A DNA stretch of 64,000 bases from Patescibacteria group bacterium (GCA_022843855.1 JALHMV010000002.1:14496-78495), one strand, 5' to 3'; positions 36,161 through 47,019 are shown, counted from the first letter of the stretch. Translations and numbers: made by a program. The notes: generated by a model not told the origin, from the sequence alone.

Positions 36161-36541
36161 ATGCCAACACCTCACAATAACCCTGATCTCACCGACGAAC
36201 AGCGCCGGATACTATATGAAGGCGGCACCGAACCGCCCTTCAGCGGACAGTACGTCGACCATCACGAGGAAGGCATGTACGCCTGCGTTGCGTGCGGCAC
36301 CGAATTATTCGCCTCGGACACTAAGTTTGAGTCACACTCAGGCTGGCCGAGCTTTTACGACGTGATAAGCAAGGGCAATGTCGAGCTCAAAACCGACACC
36401 TCGCACGACATGACCCGCACCGAGGTCGTCTGCGCCACCTGCGGCGGCCACCTCGGCCACGTCTTTGACGACGGGCCGCGGGACAAAACAGGTTTACGCT
36501 ACTGCATTAATTCCGCTTGCTTGGATTTTAAGAAGAAATGA
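36161..36541 (+). CDS. msrB: Peptide-methionine (R)-S-oxide reductase MsrB
   Basis: Two CxxC pairs (CVACGTELF and CATCGGHLGHVF) and the RYCINS motif. Confidence 0.9.
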   Translation: MPTPHNNPDLTDEQRRILYEGGTEPPFSGQYVDHHEEGMYACVACGTELFASDTKFESHSGWPSFYDVISKGNVELKTDTSHDMTRTEVVCATCGGHLGHVFDDGPRDKTGLRYCINSACLDFKKK

Positions 36542-37194
36542 CTCGTAAACAGAGTCAAATAGTTACTGAAATTGCCGGTATTGTACGTGATAAGTTCACA
36601 AATGATACGAGCGGACACGATTGGTACCACATGGAACGGGTCTGGAAGATGGCGCGACAACTGGGTGAGGCTGAGGGCGCCGATCTCTTTATCGTCGAGC
36701 TTGCCGCCTTGCTTCACGATTGGGCTGACTGGAAGTTCTCAGCCGATCAGTCAAAAGATACGGAGGAGATGAAGCAGTTACTTCGCAATCATGGCGCTAC
36801 CGAGGATCAGATCGGCAACATTTGCGAGATTATCGAGAACGTTTCATTCAAGGGACTCGAGAAGCGTTCTACTCAATCGACGCTTGAGGGCAAAGTGGTC
36901 CAGGACGCTGACCGGCTCGATGCTATTGGGGCGATCGCGATCGCCCGAGTGTTTGCGTACGGCGGCCACAAAGGCCGTCCGATTTACGACCCAAGCATTC
37001 CGCTCAACGTCACTTTGACCAATGAGCAGTACCTCAAGAACGAGCGGTCGGGACTGGCTCACTTCTTTGACAAACTGCTTCACCTTAAGGATCAAATCAA
37101 TACCGAGTCAGCTAAAAAGATCGCCGAAGAGCGGCATCGGTATATGGAAGAATACGTTGAGCGATTCCTCGCGGAGTGGGATGGCAAACGGTAA
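36538..37194 (+). CDS. HD-domain phosphohydrolase
   Basis: H...HD...D motif (WYHMERV, LLHDWADWK, DADRLDAIGAI). 4-nt overlap with msrB. Confidence 0.75.
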   Translation: MTRKQSQIVTEIAGIVRDKFTNDTSGHDWYHMERVWKMARQLGEAEGADLFIVELAALLHDWADWKFSADQSKDTEEMKQLLRNHGATEDQIGNICEIIENVSFKGLEKRSTQSTLEGKVVQDADRLDAIGAIAIARVFAYGGHKGRPIYDPSIPLNVTLTNEQYLKNERSGLAHFFDKLLHLKDQINTESAKKIAEERHRYMEEYVERFLAEWDGKR

Positions 37195-37267
37195 AGGCCT
37201 CGTTCCAGAGAATGGGCTTACTTTGACTCGAGCAAACAACGTCGCTCGGTCTCAACGCTTGGGATAC

Positions 37268-38026
37268 TTATCGCAAGCGAAACACAACCGTCACTGAGTA
37301 AGTCACGGTTTCTTGCCCAGTCAGAAGGACGGGGGCGGTTGTTGGGCTGGGGCTCTCAAGCGCCATATTGCGGCTATCGGTGGCGGACATCGGGATAACG
37401 CCGCCCCATGATGGCTCGGAAACCGAAATAACACGACCGACCGACACCCCAAGCTGGTCGGCTGTCTGCTGGGATTTGTCACGAGCGTTACGGAGTGCCT
37501 CGGCGCGCGCTTCCGCCTCTAAGCGATCGCGTGTCCGAGCGCTGAAAGTGCTTTGCGGCGACAACCCGTAGAGCGGCTCGGTTGTCGCTAGGTAATCAAG
37601 AACTTTTTGGGCGAGCGTCTTGTCGTTGAGCGTAATCGTTAGCGAAAAGATCGCCCGGTAGCCGTCGGTCGTCGAACCACCAAGATCTGGCGCTGGCGCG
37701 ATTTCGTTGGAATATTCTGGAGAGCTGTTGGCCGACGTTTTAATCGCGCTCTCAGCAACGCCAAGCTCCTTGAGCTTGGCAACGACGTCGTTACCGACCT
37801 TGGATACCGCCGAGATCGCTTCGCTATTGGTGGCGGCCTCCCGCTGATACGTTGGGTAGAAGACAAACTCGTCCGGCGCCGCTTTGACTGACGCCTCACC
37901 AACGATGGAGATTGTCCGGTCGGCATCTGTTCGCCACGGCTGCCACAGGGCGAGCATAACAAGCACGACTCCGAAAAGAAGACCGCTGATGAGCTTGTAG
38001 TTCACCCGAAGGGTTGCCTCATGCAT
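37268..38026 (-). CDS. SIMPL (DUF541) domain periplasmic/secreted protein
   Basis: Transmembrane anchor followed by the SIMPL pattern (SIVGEASVKAAPDEFVF...TVTYSVTVVFRL). The start could also be 38059. Confidence 0.65.
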   Translation of the reverse strand: MHEATLRVNYKLISGLLFGVVLVMLALWQPWRTDADRTISIVGEASVKAAPDEFVFYPTYQREAATNSEAISAVSKVGNDVVAKLKELGVAESAIKTSANSSPEYSNEIAPAPDLGGSTTDGYRAIFSLTITLNDKTLAQKVLDYLATTEPLYGLSPQSTFSARTRDRLEAEARAEALRNARDKSQQTADQLGVSVGRVISVSEPSWGGVIPMSATDSRNMALESPSPTTAPVLLTGQETVTYSVTVVFRLR

Positions 38027-38134
38027 ACGGCTACTATAGCAGAATCCCGTCAAGCACAATGCTCAACGGGAGTAGGGGTATGTACCGCCCAACCACTGGA
38101 CAAGCCCGAGAAACAATCACCGGTCGCGCATAAC

Positions 38135-38434
38135 TTACGGCCGACGGCGCCGCATCTCTTCGAGCGTCCGACGCGCCGTCTCCTCCACCTCATCAGTCAC
38201 CGCTTCATTCGACGGCCGAGAGCCGCCCAGCTCTAACGCAGCGCCCGTCGACTCGATGCCAGCGGCGCGCAGCGTATCATCAACAACTCTGTCCAGATCG
38301 GCTCGTTGGTCTCTCTGGGCCGTTTTGGGCGGGGGCGACTTCGGTCGAAGGATGTGGTAGATGATGTAGGCGCCCGTCAGGAGTAGCGCCGCCATCAGAG
38401 CGTAGAGGGCAATTGGGTTGTCGAGCATGTGCAA
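38135..38434 (-). CDS. Small N-terminally anchored membrane protein
   Basis: MLDNPIALYALMAALLLTGAYIIYHIL followed by a charged tail. Confidence 0.45.
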   Translation of the reverse strand: MHMLDNPIALYALMAALLLTGAYIIYHILRPKSPPPKTAQRDQRADLDRVVDDTLRAAGIESTGAALELGGSRPSNEAVTDEVEETARRTLEEMRRRRP

Positions 38435-38515
38435 GTCTCCGGTTGCTTATGGTATCACCGACGATTGGGGGTGACAATAACCGGCAACTATCGTATAATC
38501 CGGCTGGAGGTTTCT

Positions 38516-38812
38516 ATGCCGGAACCAATACCAACCGACCCGCTCCTTGAAGCCCTAGAGAAGATCAAACTGTCAGGCAGATCACAGCCTCAACCCGTCG
38601 CCGCTCGACGGCCGGGCGCGCCCACCCTAGAACAGGCGGCGACGGCCAGGCCGCAGTCGCCAGTTTCGTCAGCTCTTCCGTGCGGCCAAGTCGACATCGA
38701 ACGGCTTGTCGATCTGGAACCCGAGGCTTTCAGTCGGGATCGTGAGGCCAACCACCTCAACCGTTGTCGCGGCTGTCGCGAAGAATACTGGCGGCAAAAG
38801 CAGGAGAAATAG
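38516..38812 (+). CDS. Hypothetical protein with a C-terminal H-x3-C-x2-C (zf-HC2-like) motif
   Basis: RBS GGAGG 6 nt upstream of the ATG. C-terminus HLNRCRGCREEYW. Confidence 0.45.
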   Translation: MPEPIPTDPLLEALEKIKLSGRSQPQPVAARRPGAPTLEQAATARPQSPVSSALPCGQVDIERLVDLEPEAFSRDREANHLNRCRGCREEYWRQKQEK

Positions 38813-38829
38813 AAAGGGCAAGCGTGAAC

Positions 38830-38866
38830 CACGACCCCGAGGCCCCGCACCGAGCGGGGCCTTCTC
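38830..38866. terminator. Terminator hairpin between convergent genes (AGGCCCCGC accga GCGGGGCCT, then a T-rich run on the + strand)
   Basis: Read directly. Confidence 0.5.
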
Positions 38867-38873
38867 AGTTCTT

Positions 38874-41207
38874 TTAATCAAGCGCTTGGCTGAGCAAAAT
38901 CTTTTTTTCAACGGAAGCGATGAGTTTACGGGTTGAGATGGCGACGTCAGGCGCAACCGAGACGCTCGTCGTCCCGGCTTTAACCATCGCTTCGGTAATT
39001 TCCGGGTAGACGCTTGGTGCCTGGCCGCAGATCGAGACCGTAACGTGATGCTTGCGACAGGTCCGGACAACGTGAAGGATCGAGTTCAAAACAGCTGGGT
39101 AGCGCTCATCAAATTCGGCAGCTAACTTAGCCGAGTCACGATCGATGCCGAGCGTCAGCTGCGTCAGGTCGTTGGAACCGATCGAAACGCCGTCGATCCC
39201 TTCTTTGATATATTCCTCGAGCTCCAGCACTGTTGACGGTACTTCAACCATAATCCACAGCTTAAAGTCTTTATCCTGACGCAAATTATTAGCGTGCATC
39301 AGGTCGCGAACCTTACGGAATTCGTCAACGGTCCGCACAAACGGAATCATGACATGAAGATTCTTGAGATCCATACCGTCGCGGACTTGTTTAATCGCCT
39401 CGATTTCGAGCGCAAACTCCTCGGGATCGGCGATGTAGCGCGAGGCGCCCCGATACCCGATCATCGGGTTACTCTCTGGTTCCTCAAACTTTTCGCCGCC
39501 CTTCAAAGATTTATATTCATTCGTTTTAAAATCGGTGAAGCGGTACACGACCGGTCGCGGGTTGAACGCCTGGGCGATCGTGCCGATCCCTTGCGCGAGT
39601 TTCTGAACATACTCTTTACTGGCACCGCGCGCCATCATCGCTTTCGGGTGCTCGCCGATACCAGCAATAATGAACTCCGCTCGAAGGAGGCCAACGCCAT
39701 CGACGGGTAACTCAGCGTACTCTTGAGCTTTTTCTGGTTCAGCCAGGTTCAAATAAACTTTAGTGGCGGTGATCGGTACTGTCGTCTGAGCGGTTGATCC
39801 AGCAACCCGCGCTTGTTTCATTTCAGCGGCTGGTACCTGCGCCGAGGCGACTTTTCCCTTATAGACCTTCCCGCCGGCGCCATCGACAGTCACTATCTGA
39901 CCGGTTTTGAGCGTCGCTGTGGCGGTACCGGTGCCAACAACACACGGGATGCCAAGTTCACGGGAAACGATCGCGGCGTGACTAGTTCGACCGCCGGTGT
40001 CAGTCACGATCGCCGCCGCCCGACGCATCGCCGGGACAAAATCGGGACTCGTCATCTCCGTTACCAGCACGTCGCCCTGCAATACTTTGTCGATCTCGCT
40101 CGGTTTATGAATGACCTTGACGGGACCGAACTGTAAACCGACGGAAGCGGCCGCTCCATGAAGCAGCTCTTCGGCCTTGCTGAGGTCAACAGTATCGCCA
40201 GCCGGAGCGTTACCGGCGGCCGGCGCCGATTCGGCGCCCTTCTTTTCATTCTTCTGCTCACCGAGCGTCGTTACTGGGCGGGCCTGAACCATATAGAAAC
40301 TACCGCCCTCAAACGCCCATTCTGTGTCTTGTGGCTTGCCGTAGTGATCTTCGACCTGTTTCCCTACCGTAGCGAGCGCAATGATTTGATCATCAGTCAG
40401 CTTCTGACCTTCTTTTTGTTCTTTGGTCAGGTTGACGTGCTTATTCTTACCTTCCTTGTCGCGAACGATCTGCCACGCTTGTGGGCCGATTTCTTTGGAG
40501 ACGATCTTCATCGTGGCTTTATCGACAACGTAGTGGTCAGGAGTAATCGAACCGGAAACAACCGCCTCGCCCAAACCAAGGCCGGCATCGATCGTAATCT
40601 TGCCGGTGTCTTCGCCAACGGGGTCGACGGTAAACATAATGCCGGAGACTTCGCTCTGAACCATTTTCTGGACCGGCACGGCGATACCCACCTTCATGTG
40701 ATCAAAATTATTGACCGTTCGGTAATAGATTGCCCGCGCTTCAAACAACGACGCCCAACACTCGCGAATTGCCTTAATCAGCTGGGTCTTGCCCTCGACG
40801 TTGAGGAACGTCGCTTGCTGACCAGCGAACGAGGCGTCGGGAAGGTCTTCCGCAGTCGCTGACGAGCGAACCGCGACTGGGCCGTGCTTCATCTGGTCGT
40901 AGGCTTTTTCGATATCACGCACTAATTCGGCGGGTAGCGAAAAACTTTTCATCGCCTTCTGCAACTCGTGGGCAATCTTATTAAGCTTTTTTGAATCCTC
41001 AGGATCCAGCCCCTTCGTCCACTTCAGAATATAGGCGTCGATCTTCTTCTCGCGAACAAAACGGAAATAAGCCTCTGAAGTGACGATGAAACCTTGCGGC
41101 ACCGGCAAACCGGCTTTTGTCATCTCGCCCAGGTTAGCACCCTTACCGCCAACTAACGGGATGTCGCCCTTACCGACTTCTGAAAACCAGACTACCTGTT
41201 TGGCCAT
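38874..41207 (-). CDS. ppsA: Phosphoenolpyruvate synthase (pyruvate, water dikinase)
   Basis: ATP-grasp N-terminus (VGGKGANLGEM), phospho-histidine domain (GGRTSHAAIVSRELGIPCVVG), C-terminal PEP-utilizing TIM barrel. 777 aa. Confidence 0.88.
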   Translation of the reverse strand: MAKQVVWFSEVGKGDIPLVGGKGANLGEMTKAGLPVPQGFIVTSEAYFRFVREKKIDAYILKWTKGLDPEDSKKLNKIAHELQKAMKSFSLPAELVRDIEKAYDQMKHGPVAVRSSATAEDLPDASFAGQQATFLNVEGKTQLIKAIRECWASLFEARAIYYRTVNNFDHMKVGIAVPVQKMVQSEVSGIMFTVDPVGEDTGKITIDAGLGLGEAVVSGSITPDHYVVDKATMKIVSKEIGPQAWQIVRDKEGKNKHVNLTKEQKEGQKLTDDQIIALATVGKQVEDHYGKPQDTEWAFEGGSFYMVQARPVTTLGEQKNEKKGAESAPAAGNAPAGDTVDLSKAEELLHGAAASVGLQFGPVKVIHKPSEIDKVLQGDVLVTEMTSPDFVPAMRRAAAIVTDTGGRTSHAAIVSRELGIPCVVGTGTATATLKTGQIVTVDGAGGKVYKGKVASAQVPAAEMKQARVAGSTAQTTVPITATKVYLNLAEPEKAQEYAELPVDGVGLLRAEFIIAGIGEHPKAMMARGASKEYVQKLAQGIGTIAQAFNPRPVVYRFTDFKTNEYKSLKGGEKFEEPESNPMIGYRGASRYIADPEEFALEIEAIKQVRDGMDLKNLHVMIPFVRTVDEFRKVRDLMHANNLRQDKDFKLWIMVEVPSTVLELEEYIKEGIDGVSIGSNDLTQLTLGIDRDSAKLAAEFDERYPAVLNSILHVVRTCRKHHVTVSICGQAPSVYPEITEAMVKAGTTSVSVAPDVAISTRKLIASVEKKILLSQALD

Positions 41208-41249
41208 TCGTTTCCCTCCATTCTTTTCAGTGTAACAATCGGTCGGAAA

Positions 41250-41708
41250 TTAGGAAGCTTTGTCGGCTTCGAGCACCGCTCGCACAACTCTTGCCGAAAA
41301 GCCACGACGCTGAAGTAAACTCGTCAGGCGAGCGCGCCGTTTCAACGGGTCGAGCGCCTGCCAGTTTTTTAATCGACTTTCAGCCAGACTCTGGGCCGCC
41401 GAGAGCTCATCTGCTTCTTCAACCTCGCCAAGCGCCTGATCAATCTGATCCCTGGCCACCCCTTTTCGAAGTAGATCCAAACCGATCCGAAACCGACCGC
41501 GCCGATAGATAGCAATCTTGTCACGTGCGTAATTGCTCGCAAAAACCGCGTCGTCGATCAGCTTCATCTCTCTCAGTCGTTCAATTGTCAGAGCGATGTC
41601 GTCGTCTGAGTACTTCTTCTCGGCTAGCTTGTCACGTAACTCACGTTCGGTGCGACCGCGACGACCAAGCAAGTAGAGCGCGTAAGCCAGAATAGGCCGT
41701 TTGCCCAT
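41250..41708 (-). CDS. recX: Recombination regulator RecX
   Basis: Three-helix repeat pattern typical of RecX, immediately downstream of recA. Confidence 0.8.
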   Translation of the reverse strand: MGKRPILAYALYLLGRRGRTERELRDKLAEKKYSDDDIALTIERLREMKLIDDAVFASNYARDKIAIYRRGRFRIGLDLLRKGVARDQIDQALGEVEEADELSAAQSLAESRLKNWQALDPLKRRARLTSLLQRRGFSARVVRAVLEADKAS

Positions 41709-41722
41709 CAGATGGGCGCGGA

Positions 41723-42784
41723 CTAGGCCGGTTCTTCAACCGGCGCTACTCCTAACTTGCCTTGTTCGGCCAGCTCGCGGATCTCTTTTTCCAACTTGAC
41801 CGCGAGCGCCTTGTCACCCTTGAGAAAAGCTTTGGCAGCCTCCCGTCCCTGCCCAAGCTTTTGCTCTCCTAACTGAAACCAGGCGCCAGATTTCTCGATG
41901 ATTCCTGCTTTGGTTCCGAGCTCGAGCAGGTCGCCTTCTCTAGATATACCCGAAGCAAACATTAAGTCAAACTCGGCCGTCCGAAACGGTGGCGCAACCT
42001 TATTCTTAACGATTTTAACCCGAACTCGATTACCGATCGCGTTGTCACCGTCCTTAATTTGCTCGGCCCGACGAATATCCATTCGGACAGAACAGTAGAA
42101 CTTCAACGCGTTACCACCCGGTGTTGTCTCGGGGTTACCAAACATCACGCCAATCTTCATCCGGATTTGGTTAATGAAAATAAGAACGGTTTTTGACTTG
42201 GCGACCGCGCCAGTCAGTTTACGAAGCGCCTGGCTCATGAGTCTAGCCTGAACACCCATCATCGCATCGCCCATCTCGCCTTCGATCTCGGCGCGAGGAA
42301 CCAGCGCCGCAACCGAGTCAACAACGATTACGTCAACAGCGTTCGAGCGAACCAAAGTTTCAACGATCTCGAGCGCCTGTTCACCGGTATCCGGCTGACT
42401 GATAAGGAGCGCGTCAAGATCAACGCCGAGCTTGGTTGCGTACGACGGGTCAAAAGCGTGTTCCGCATCAACAAGCGCGCCGAGCCCGCCGCTCTTTTGA
42501 GTAGCGGCGATCGCTGAGAGCGCCAGAGAGGTCTTACCGCTTGATTCCGGGCCAAAGATTTCGACGATCCGACCACGAGGCAGACCGCCGACCCCCAACG
42601 CAACGTCCAAAGCCAACGACCCCGTTGGTAACGCTTCGACGTTGAGATGAGTCTGTTGACCCATCACCATAATCGAACCGGCACCAAACTGCTTCTCTAT
42701 CTGACTAATAGCAGCTCGAAGCGCTGTTTCGCGACCGCCCTCCGAACTGGACTGCGGAGACTTCGATTCTTTCTCTTTGGCCAT
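41723..42784 (-). CDS. recA: Recombinase RecA
   Basis: [32 protein letters not shown] and the rest of the highly conserved RecA core. Confidence 0.97.
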   Translation of the reverse strand: MAKEKESKSPQSSSEGGRETALRAAISQIEKQFGAGSIMVMGQQTHLNVEALPTGSLALDVALGVGGLPRGRIVEIFGPESSGKTSLALSAIAATQKSGGLGALVDAEHAFDPSYATKLGVDLDALLISQPDTGEQALEIVETLVRSNAVDVIVVDSVAALVPRAEIEGEMGDAMMGVQARLMSQALRKLTGAVAKSKTVLIFINQIRMKIGVMFGNPETTPGGNALKFYCSVRMDIRRAEQIKDGDNAIGNRVRVKIVKNKVAPPFRTAEFDLMFASGISREGDLLELGTKAGIIEKSGAWFQLGEQKLGQGREAAKAFLKGDKALAVKLEKEIRELAEQGKLGVAPVEEPA

Positions 42785-42793
42785 AAACCTGTT

Positions 42794-43504
42794 TTACAGG
42801 CCGCCTGCCGCTTGTGCAAGGTTAGGATTGAACAGGATCTTGACGCTCTTCTGACTTTGCTTGCCCGCTCTCGATTTGGCGGCGATAACCACTTCGTTAA
42901 TCCCGGGGGAGAGCTGAACCTGTTGCGAAAACTGACCGGCGGGGGTTACGACGATCGGTTCGTTGTTCATAGTAACGATCGAGCCTTCGGTGGTGGCGCC
43001 TTGGATCTGGACGGTATCAGCTTCGCTGGTAAACTCTTCGGTGTGACTCGTAAGAACAATCGTTGGCGGCTGAGTAAACTGGTTGAGCTGGGCAGCGATA
43101 TACGCCACAACCCCGCCAAATAACAGCAGTGCGCTCGCAATACCGATGACTTTTGGCGTAATAAGAAAGCTCCAGTCGCTGGTTCGCACTGGAGCGAGAT
43201 TAACTTCGCGTGACGACGGAGTAAAACGCTGCTGGCTTCGCTCTTCTCGATACATCCGGATGATTTTTTCGGGATTGAGCTTGAGAAACTCTGCGTAACA
43301 TCTAACAAAACCGATGTTGTACGCGTCGGCGGGTAACGACTGATAGTCGCCGCTTTCTAACGCCTCGAGATGCTTGATACGAATTCTTGTCTTCGCCTCA
43401 GCGTCTTCGAGCGAATAATTTGATTTTGTGCGCGCCGCACGCAGGATAGATCCAAGCGTACGGGTTCGGCTTGGAGCAATTTTTTTCGTCACAAAACCCG
43501 TCAT
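42794..43504 (-). CDS. RodZ-like cytoskeleton protein (HTH, transmembrane segment, C-terminal domain)
   Basis: N-terminal XRE-type HTH (LGSILRAARTKSNYSLEDAEAKTRIRIKHLEALE), a single transmembrane segment, C-terminal beta domain. Confidence 0.65.
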   Translation of the reverse strand: MTGFVTKKIAPSRTRTLGSILRAARTKSNYSLEDAEAKTRIRIKHLEALESGDYQSLPADAYNIGFVRCYAEFLKLNPEKIIRMYREERSQQRFTPSSREVNLAPVRTSDWSFLITPKVIGIASALLLFGGVVAYIAAQLNQFTQPPTIVLTSHTEEFTSEADTVQIQGATTEGSIVTMNNEPIVVTPAGQFSQQVQLSPGINEVVIAAKSRAGKQSQKSVKILFNPNLAQAAGGL

Positions 43505-43761
43505 GTCTTTTCAGACTAGCCAAGCATCGACGCGTCGTCAAACCTCGGGCGGCCAAGAGTGAGCGGCGCTTCGTGTATGATGGTCTCGATGCCAAGCGGC
43601 GGAATCTGGTTTACGGCACTATTCGTCCTCCTTCTTGTTACCGGAGTCGCTTTTGGCATGTCTTCAATTCTCAACGGTCTTAAAGCCGATCCCCCGGTAG
43701 TAATCCCGGCAACGAACAACTACTCGTTAACTGTCCCGTATCCTGAGTTTCCGCTTTTGCC

Positions 43762-45804
43762 CTAACTCTCGTCGTAGTTTTCTTCGCCGCTGATTAAGAC
43801 GTCGCGCGGCTTTGCGCCATCAGCTGGACCGATAGACCCTTCCGCCTCGAGTAAGTCGAGCAAACGAGCAGCGCGGGCGTAGCCAACCTTCAGACGCCGC
43901 TGGAGAAGCGAGGCCGAGGCCTTGCCCGCTTGAACGACTAATTCTCGAGCATCGCCGAGTAGGTCGTCTTCGCCCTCGTCATGCGACCCCGCCAAACCAG
44001 GCTTCATTTGCGACCGGTAGGTGGTTATTGTTTCGTCGTATTGCGCCGGCGCCTGACTCTTTAAAAACTCTGTGACCGTCTTAATCTCTTTATCTTTGAG
44101 CATAACGCCCTGAATGCGTTTTGGTTGTGGCTGATCGCTCGCCAAGTACAGCATGTCGCCGCGACCGAGCAGTTTGTCGGCGCCGCCAGCATCAAGAATC
44201 GTCCGTGAGTCTGGCTGCGAAGCGACGGCGAAAGCAATGCGAGCCGGAATGTTGGCCTTAATCAAGCCAGTAATAACATCAACCGACGGTCGCTGGGTCG
44301 CAACAATCAGATGCATACCAACAGCCCGGGCCATTTGAGCGATCCGGACAATCGAAGTTTCTACCTCGTTAGCGGCTTGCGTCATCAGATCAGCCAGCTC
44401 GTCGACAACGACTACCATGTACGGCAGCTTCTGCTCACCCTCAGGGACCGACTCGTTGTACGCATCGATATTGCGCCGGTTATAGGTTGAGAGCAGTTGG
44501 TAGCGGCGCTCCATCTCGGCCACCGTCCAGCGCAACGCCGAGATGATCTTGTCGGTTTCAGTAATGACGTTGGTCAACAAATGCGGAATGCCGTTATATT
44601 CGGTGAACTCAACGCGCTTCGGGTCGATCAGGAGTAAACGCAAATCCTCGGGGGAGTTTTTATAGAGTAGGTTGACCAGGAGCGCATTCATACAAACGGA
44701 CTTACCCGAGCCAGTCGCGCCTGCAATCAACAGATGCGGCATTTTTTTGATATCAGCGATCGCTACGTTACCGGCAACGTCGCGACCCAAGCCGAGCGCC
44801 AGGTTAGAGTGAGCGTCTTTATACTCCGGCGCCTCCAACACTTCTCGAAGCGAAACCGTCGCAGCTACTTTATTAGGCACCTCAATACCAACCAGCGACT
44901 TACCGGGGATTGGGGCTTCGATACGGATCGGGTGAGCGGCAATTGCCAGCGCCACGTCGTTGGCTCGCGCCGTAATAGTATTGAGTTTGACGCCTTCAGC
45001 TGGCTTGAGGGTGTACTGCGTCAATGCTGGGCCAACATTAACCTCGTTCATCGAGACGTCAACGCCAAAGTCCTTCAAGGTTTTCTTGATCATCTCGACG
45101 TTCTTACCGATATCGCCGGCTTCGGCCTTGGTCGAGCTTGAGTAATCAAGTAAGTCGAGCGAAGGATAATCCCAACTGCCGCCGCTTGGCATGAGCGGCG
45201 CGGGTGTCTTTAAACGGTCGGGCGACATCGTTTTGACCGGCACTCGTGAGTTCTCGTTGATCTTGACGCCCTTGCCGTCACCTCGGTTAATCGGCAGACT
45301 GAAACGCTCTGTGAGCGACTTGAGCGAGACGCTAAAGGCTAACAAGACGGAGACGGCGGTTGCGCCGAGCAAGACGATATAGCCACCGACCGCCCCAAAG
45401 ACCGAACTAAATACCCCGCCAACGCCAACCCCGATCGAACCACCGGAAGCGCCAAACATCGCCGGAACCAGCAGGAATAACGCGATGATCCCCACGACGC
45501 CGGCCGCCCGCAAAACGTCGCTTTTCAAGAAGAGAAGCCGCACGCCAAGATAGACAAAGATAAACGGAACAACATACGCCAGCACGCCAAAAAGGGCTGA
45601 GGCGGCTTTAAAGAACGCCTCACCAAATCCACCTGCTAGGCGGAATAGCCCGAGAGCAAAGAGAAGGCCGAGGACCAACAAAATAATCGCGACAATTTCG
45701 CGCGCTGTGTCGGGGTCAACTGCCCAAACCAAATTGTCCCAAATGGTCGGCATGCGCTTGCGCCGCCGGCTGGAGTATCGCCTCCGCCTCCCAAAAAGTC
45801 CCAT
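43762..45804 (-). CDS. ftsK: DNA translocase FtsK/SpoIIIE
   Basis: N-terminal transmembrane helices, Walker A GATGSGKSVCMNALL, conserved motor domain. Confidence 0.92.
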   Translation of the reverse strand: MGLFGRRRRYSSRRRKRMPTIWDNLVWAVDPDTAREIVAIILLVLGLLFALGLFRLAGGFGEAFFKAASALFGVLAYVVPFIFVYLGVRLLFLKSDVLRAAGVVGIIALFLLVPAMFGASGGSIGVGVGGVFSSVFGAVGGYIVLLGATAVSVLLAFSVSLKSLTERFSLPINRGDGKGVKINENSRVPVKTMSPDRLKTPAPLMPSGGSWDYPSLDLLDYSSSTKAEAGDIGKNVEMIKKTLKDFGVDVSMNEVNVGPALTQYTLKPAEGVKLNTITARANDVALAIAAHPIRIEAPIPGKSLVGIEVPNKVAATVSLREVLEAPEYKDAHSNLALGLGRDVAGNVAIADIKKMPHLLIAGATGSGKSVCMNALLVNLLYKNSPEDLRLLLIDPKRVEFTEYNGIPHLLTNVITETDKIISALRWTVAEMERRYQLLSTYNRRNIDAYNESVPEGEQKLPYMVVVVDELADLMTQAANEVETSIVRIAQMARAVGMHLIVATQRPSVDVITGLIKANIPARIAFAVASQPDSRTILDAGGADKLLGRGDMLYLASDQPQPKRIQGVMLKDKEIKTVTEFLKSQAPAQYDETITTYRSQMKPGLAGSHDEGEDDLLGDARELVVQAGKASASLLQRRLKVGYARAARLLDLLEAEGSIGPADGAKPRDVLISGEENYDES

Positions 45805-45954
45805 GGGTCTACTCTATCAACAACCTGGAATCTGGAAAAGCGGCTCCGCCTCTTGAAGCCCGCACGCGAAAACCGTACAATTGCTATCCTGATTTTGAAG
45901 CTAGGCTTTGAGCCGCTTCGGGATTGGAGACTAGGCGAACCGCCCTTTAAGAAC

Positions 45955-46965
45955 ATGAGAAGAACGCTCAGCTTGGCCCTCGCCAGCGTCGTCATCGCTG
46001 GCCCGACCCTTCCCTCGAAAGACGAGGCAATGACCTGGGCCGCTGGCGTCGAAAGCGGTTCCGAACCCAACCCCATCCCGATCACCGCTGTCGGCCGCGA
46101 CGCCCTGGGCGACGAGACGATCCCCGAAGGGGTCAATGACCTGACGGCCGACCACCTTGACACGGAAGCCGGCGTCGCAGTCGACGCCTACCACCAGCTG
46201 CTCGGTGTCGAAGAAACAAGCGACGGCTGGCGAGCGATCATTCAGGCCGACATCCTGGCAGCCCCGCCGCTGCGCGAGCTTGATCAGGGGGCTACCGACA
46301 CTGTCCTGGTCGCAGTCTCTGGGTTTAGCAGTCCCGAAGAAGCTCGAGAGTGGTTCGGGCACATCGGTGAGCATGAACGGCGCTTCTTCCCAGATTTCGT
46401 TAGCATCGGTCTTGTGCGAGTGACCGATAGCAACTCGTCAGAGGATTACTACTCTGACGAGTCGGAGGTCGATCTCAACAACGGCGTCACAACGTTCGGT
46501 GTGGTGGATGACCTAGCCTGGCTTGGCCCCGTCGAAGAGCGAGGCGAAGAAGGTGGGTGGGGAATTATTTTCGTCGCAGCAGGCATCAGATACGCAATTA
46601 GGGTGCCAGCGACTGGGACGACTACGACTGCCGGTCAAAACTACCACGAGCGCGGTGTCATCTCCAGCCCGGTTCTTGCCGACGAGAGTACGGCGCAGAA
46701 CTGGCTCGAAGACCTCCGTAACGGCAACGTCGCGACGTTTGTGCCGCAGTTGGTCGGCCGGGCAGCCGTTGAAGCGTTGGGCAACGACACGCCGGAACTC
46801 GGCGAGTTCAACCATCTGCCGCACAACGTCGATTGGGCTAGCCCGATCAGGGTCACTGAAGTCAACGAACACTACGGGACGGTTCCGTTTGAGGGCGGCT
46901 TCGTCGTCGTTGTCAACGCCGACTTCACCTACACGGCGAAAGTGGCTGTCGGTGCTGCCGACTAG
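45955..46965 (+). CDS. Secreted acidic hypothetical protein (GC-rich)
   Basis: Start at the ATG at 45955 (MRRTLSLALASVVIAGPTLP signal). The longer ORF from 45853 overlaps the ftsK upstream region. Confidence 0.55.
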   Translation: MRRTLSLALASVVIAGPTLPSKDEAMTWAAGVESGSEPNPIPITAVGRDALGDETIPEGVNDLTADHLDTEAGVAVDAYHQLLGVEETSDGWRAIIQADILAAPPLRELDQGATDTVLVAVSGFSSPEEAREWFGHIGEHERRFFPDFVSIGLVRVTDSNSSEDYYSDESEVDLNNGVTTFGVVDDLAWLGPVEERGEEGGWGIIFVAAGIRYAIRVPATGTTTTAGQNYHERGVISSPVLADESTAQNWLEDLRNGNVATFVPQLVGRAAVEALGNDTPELGEFNHLPHNVDWASPIRVTEVNEHYGTVPFEGGFVVVVNADFTYTAKVAVGAAD

Positions 46966-46989
46966 CGACACATCGCCAACCCAAAACAC

Positions 46990-47014
46990 GCCCCGAGGCT
47001 TACCACCTCGGGGC
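46990..47014 (+). terminator. Hairpin GCCCCGAGG cttacca CCTCGGGGC after the upstream gene
   Basis: Read directly; no clean U tract. Confidence 0.35.
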
Positions 47015-47019
47015 AAAAC

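Noticed and set aside
43559-43765. 68-aa + strand ORF with a hydrophobic segment in the rodZ-ftsK intergenic region
   Set aside because: No RBS; it lies in the likely promoter region of the recA/rodZ-like operon. Kept only as a weak possibility.
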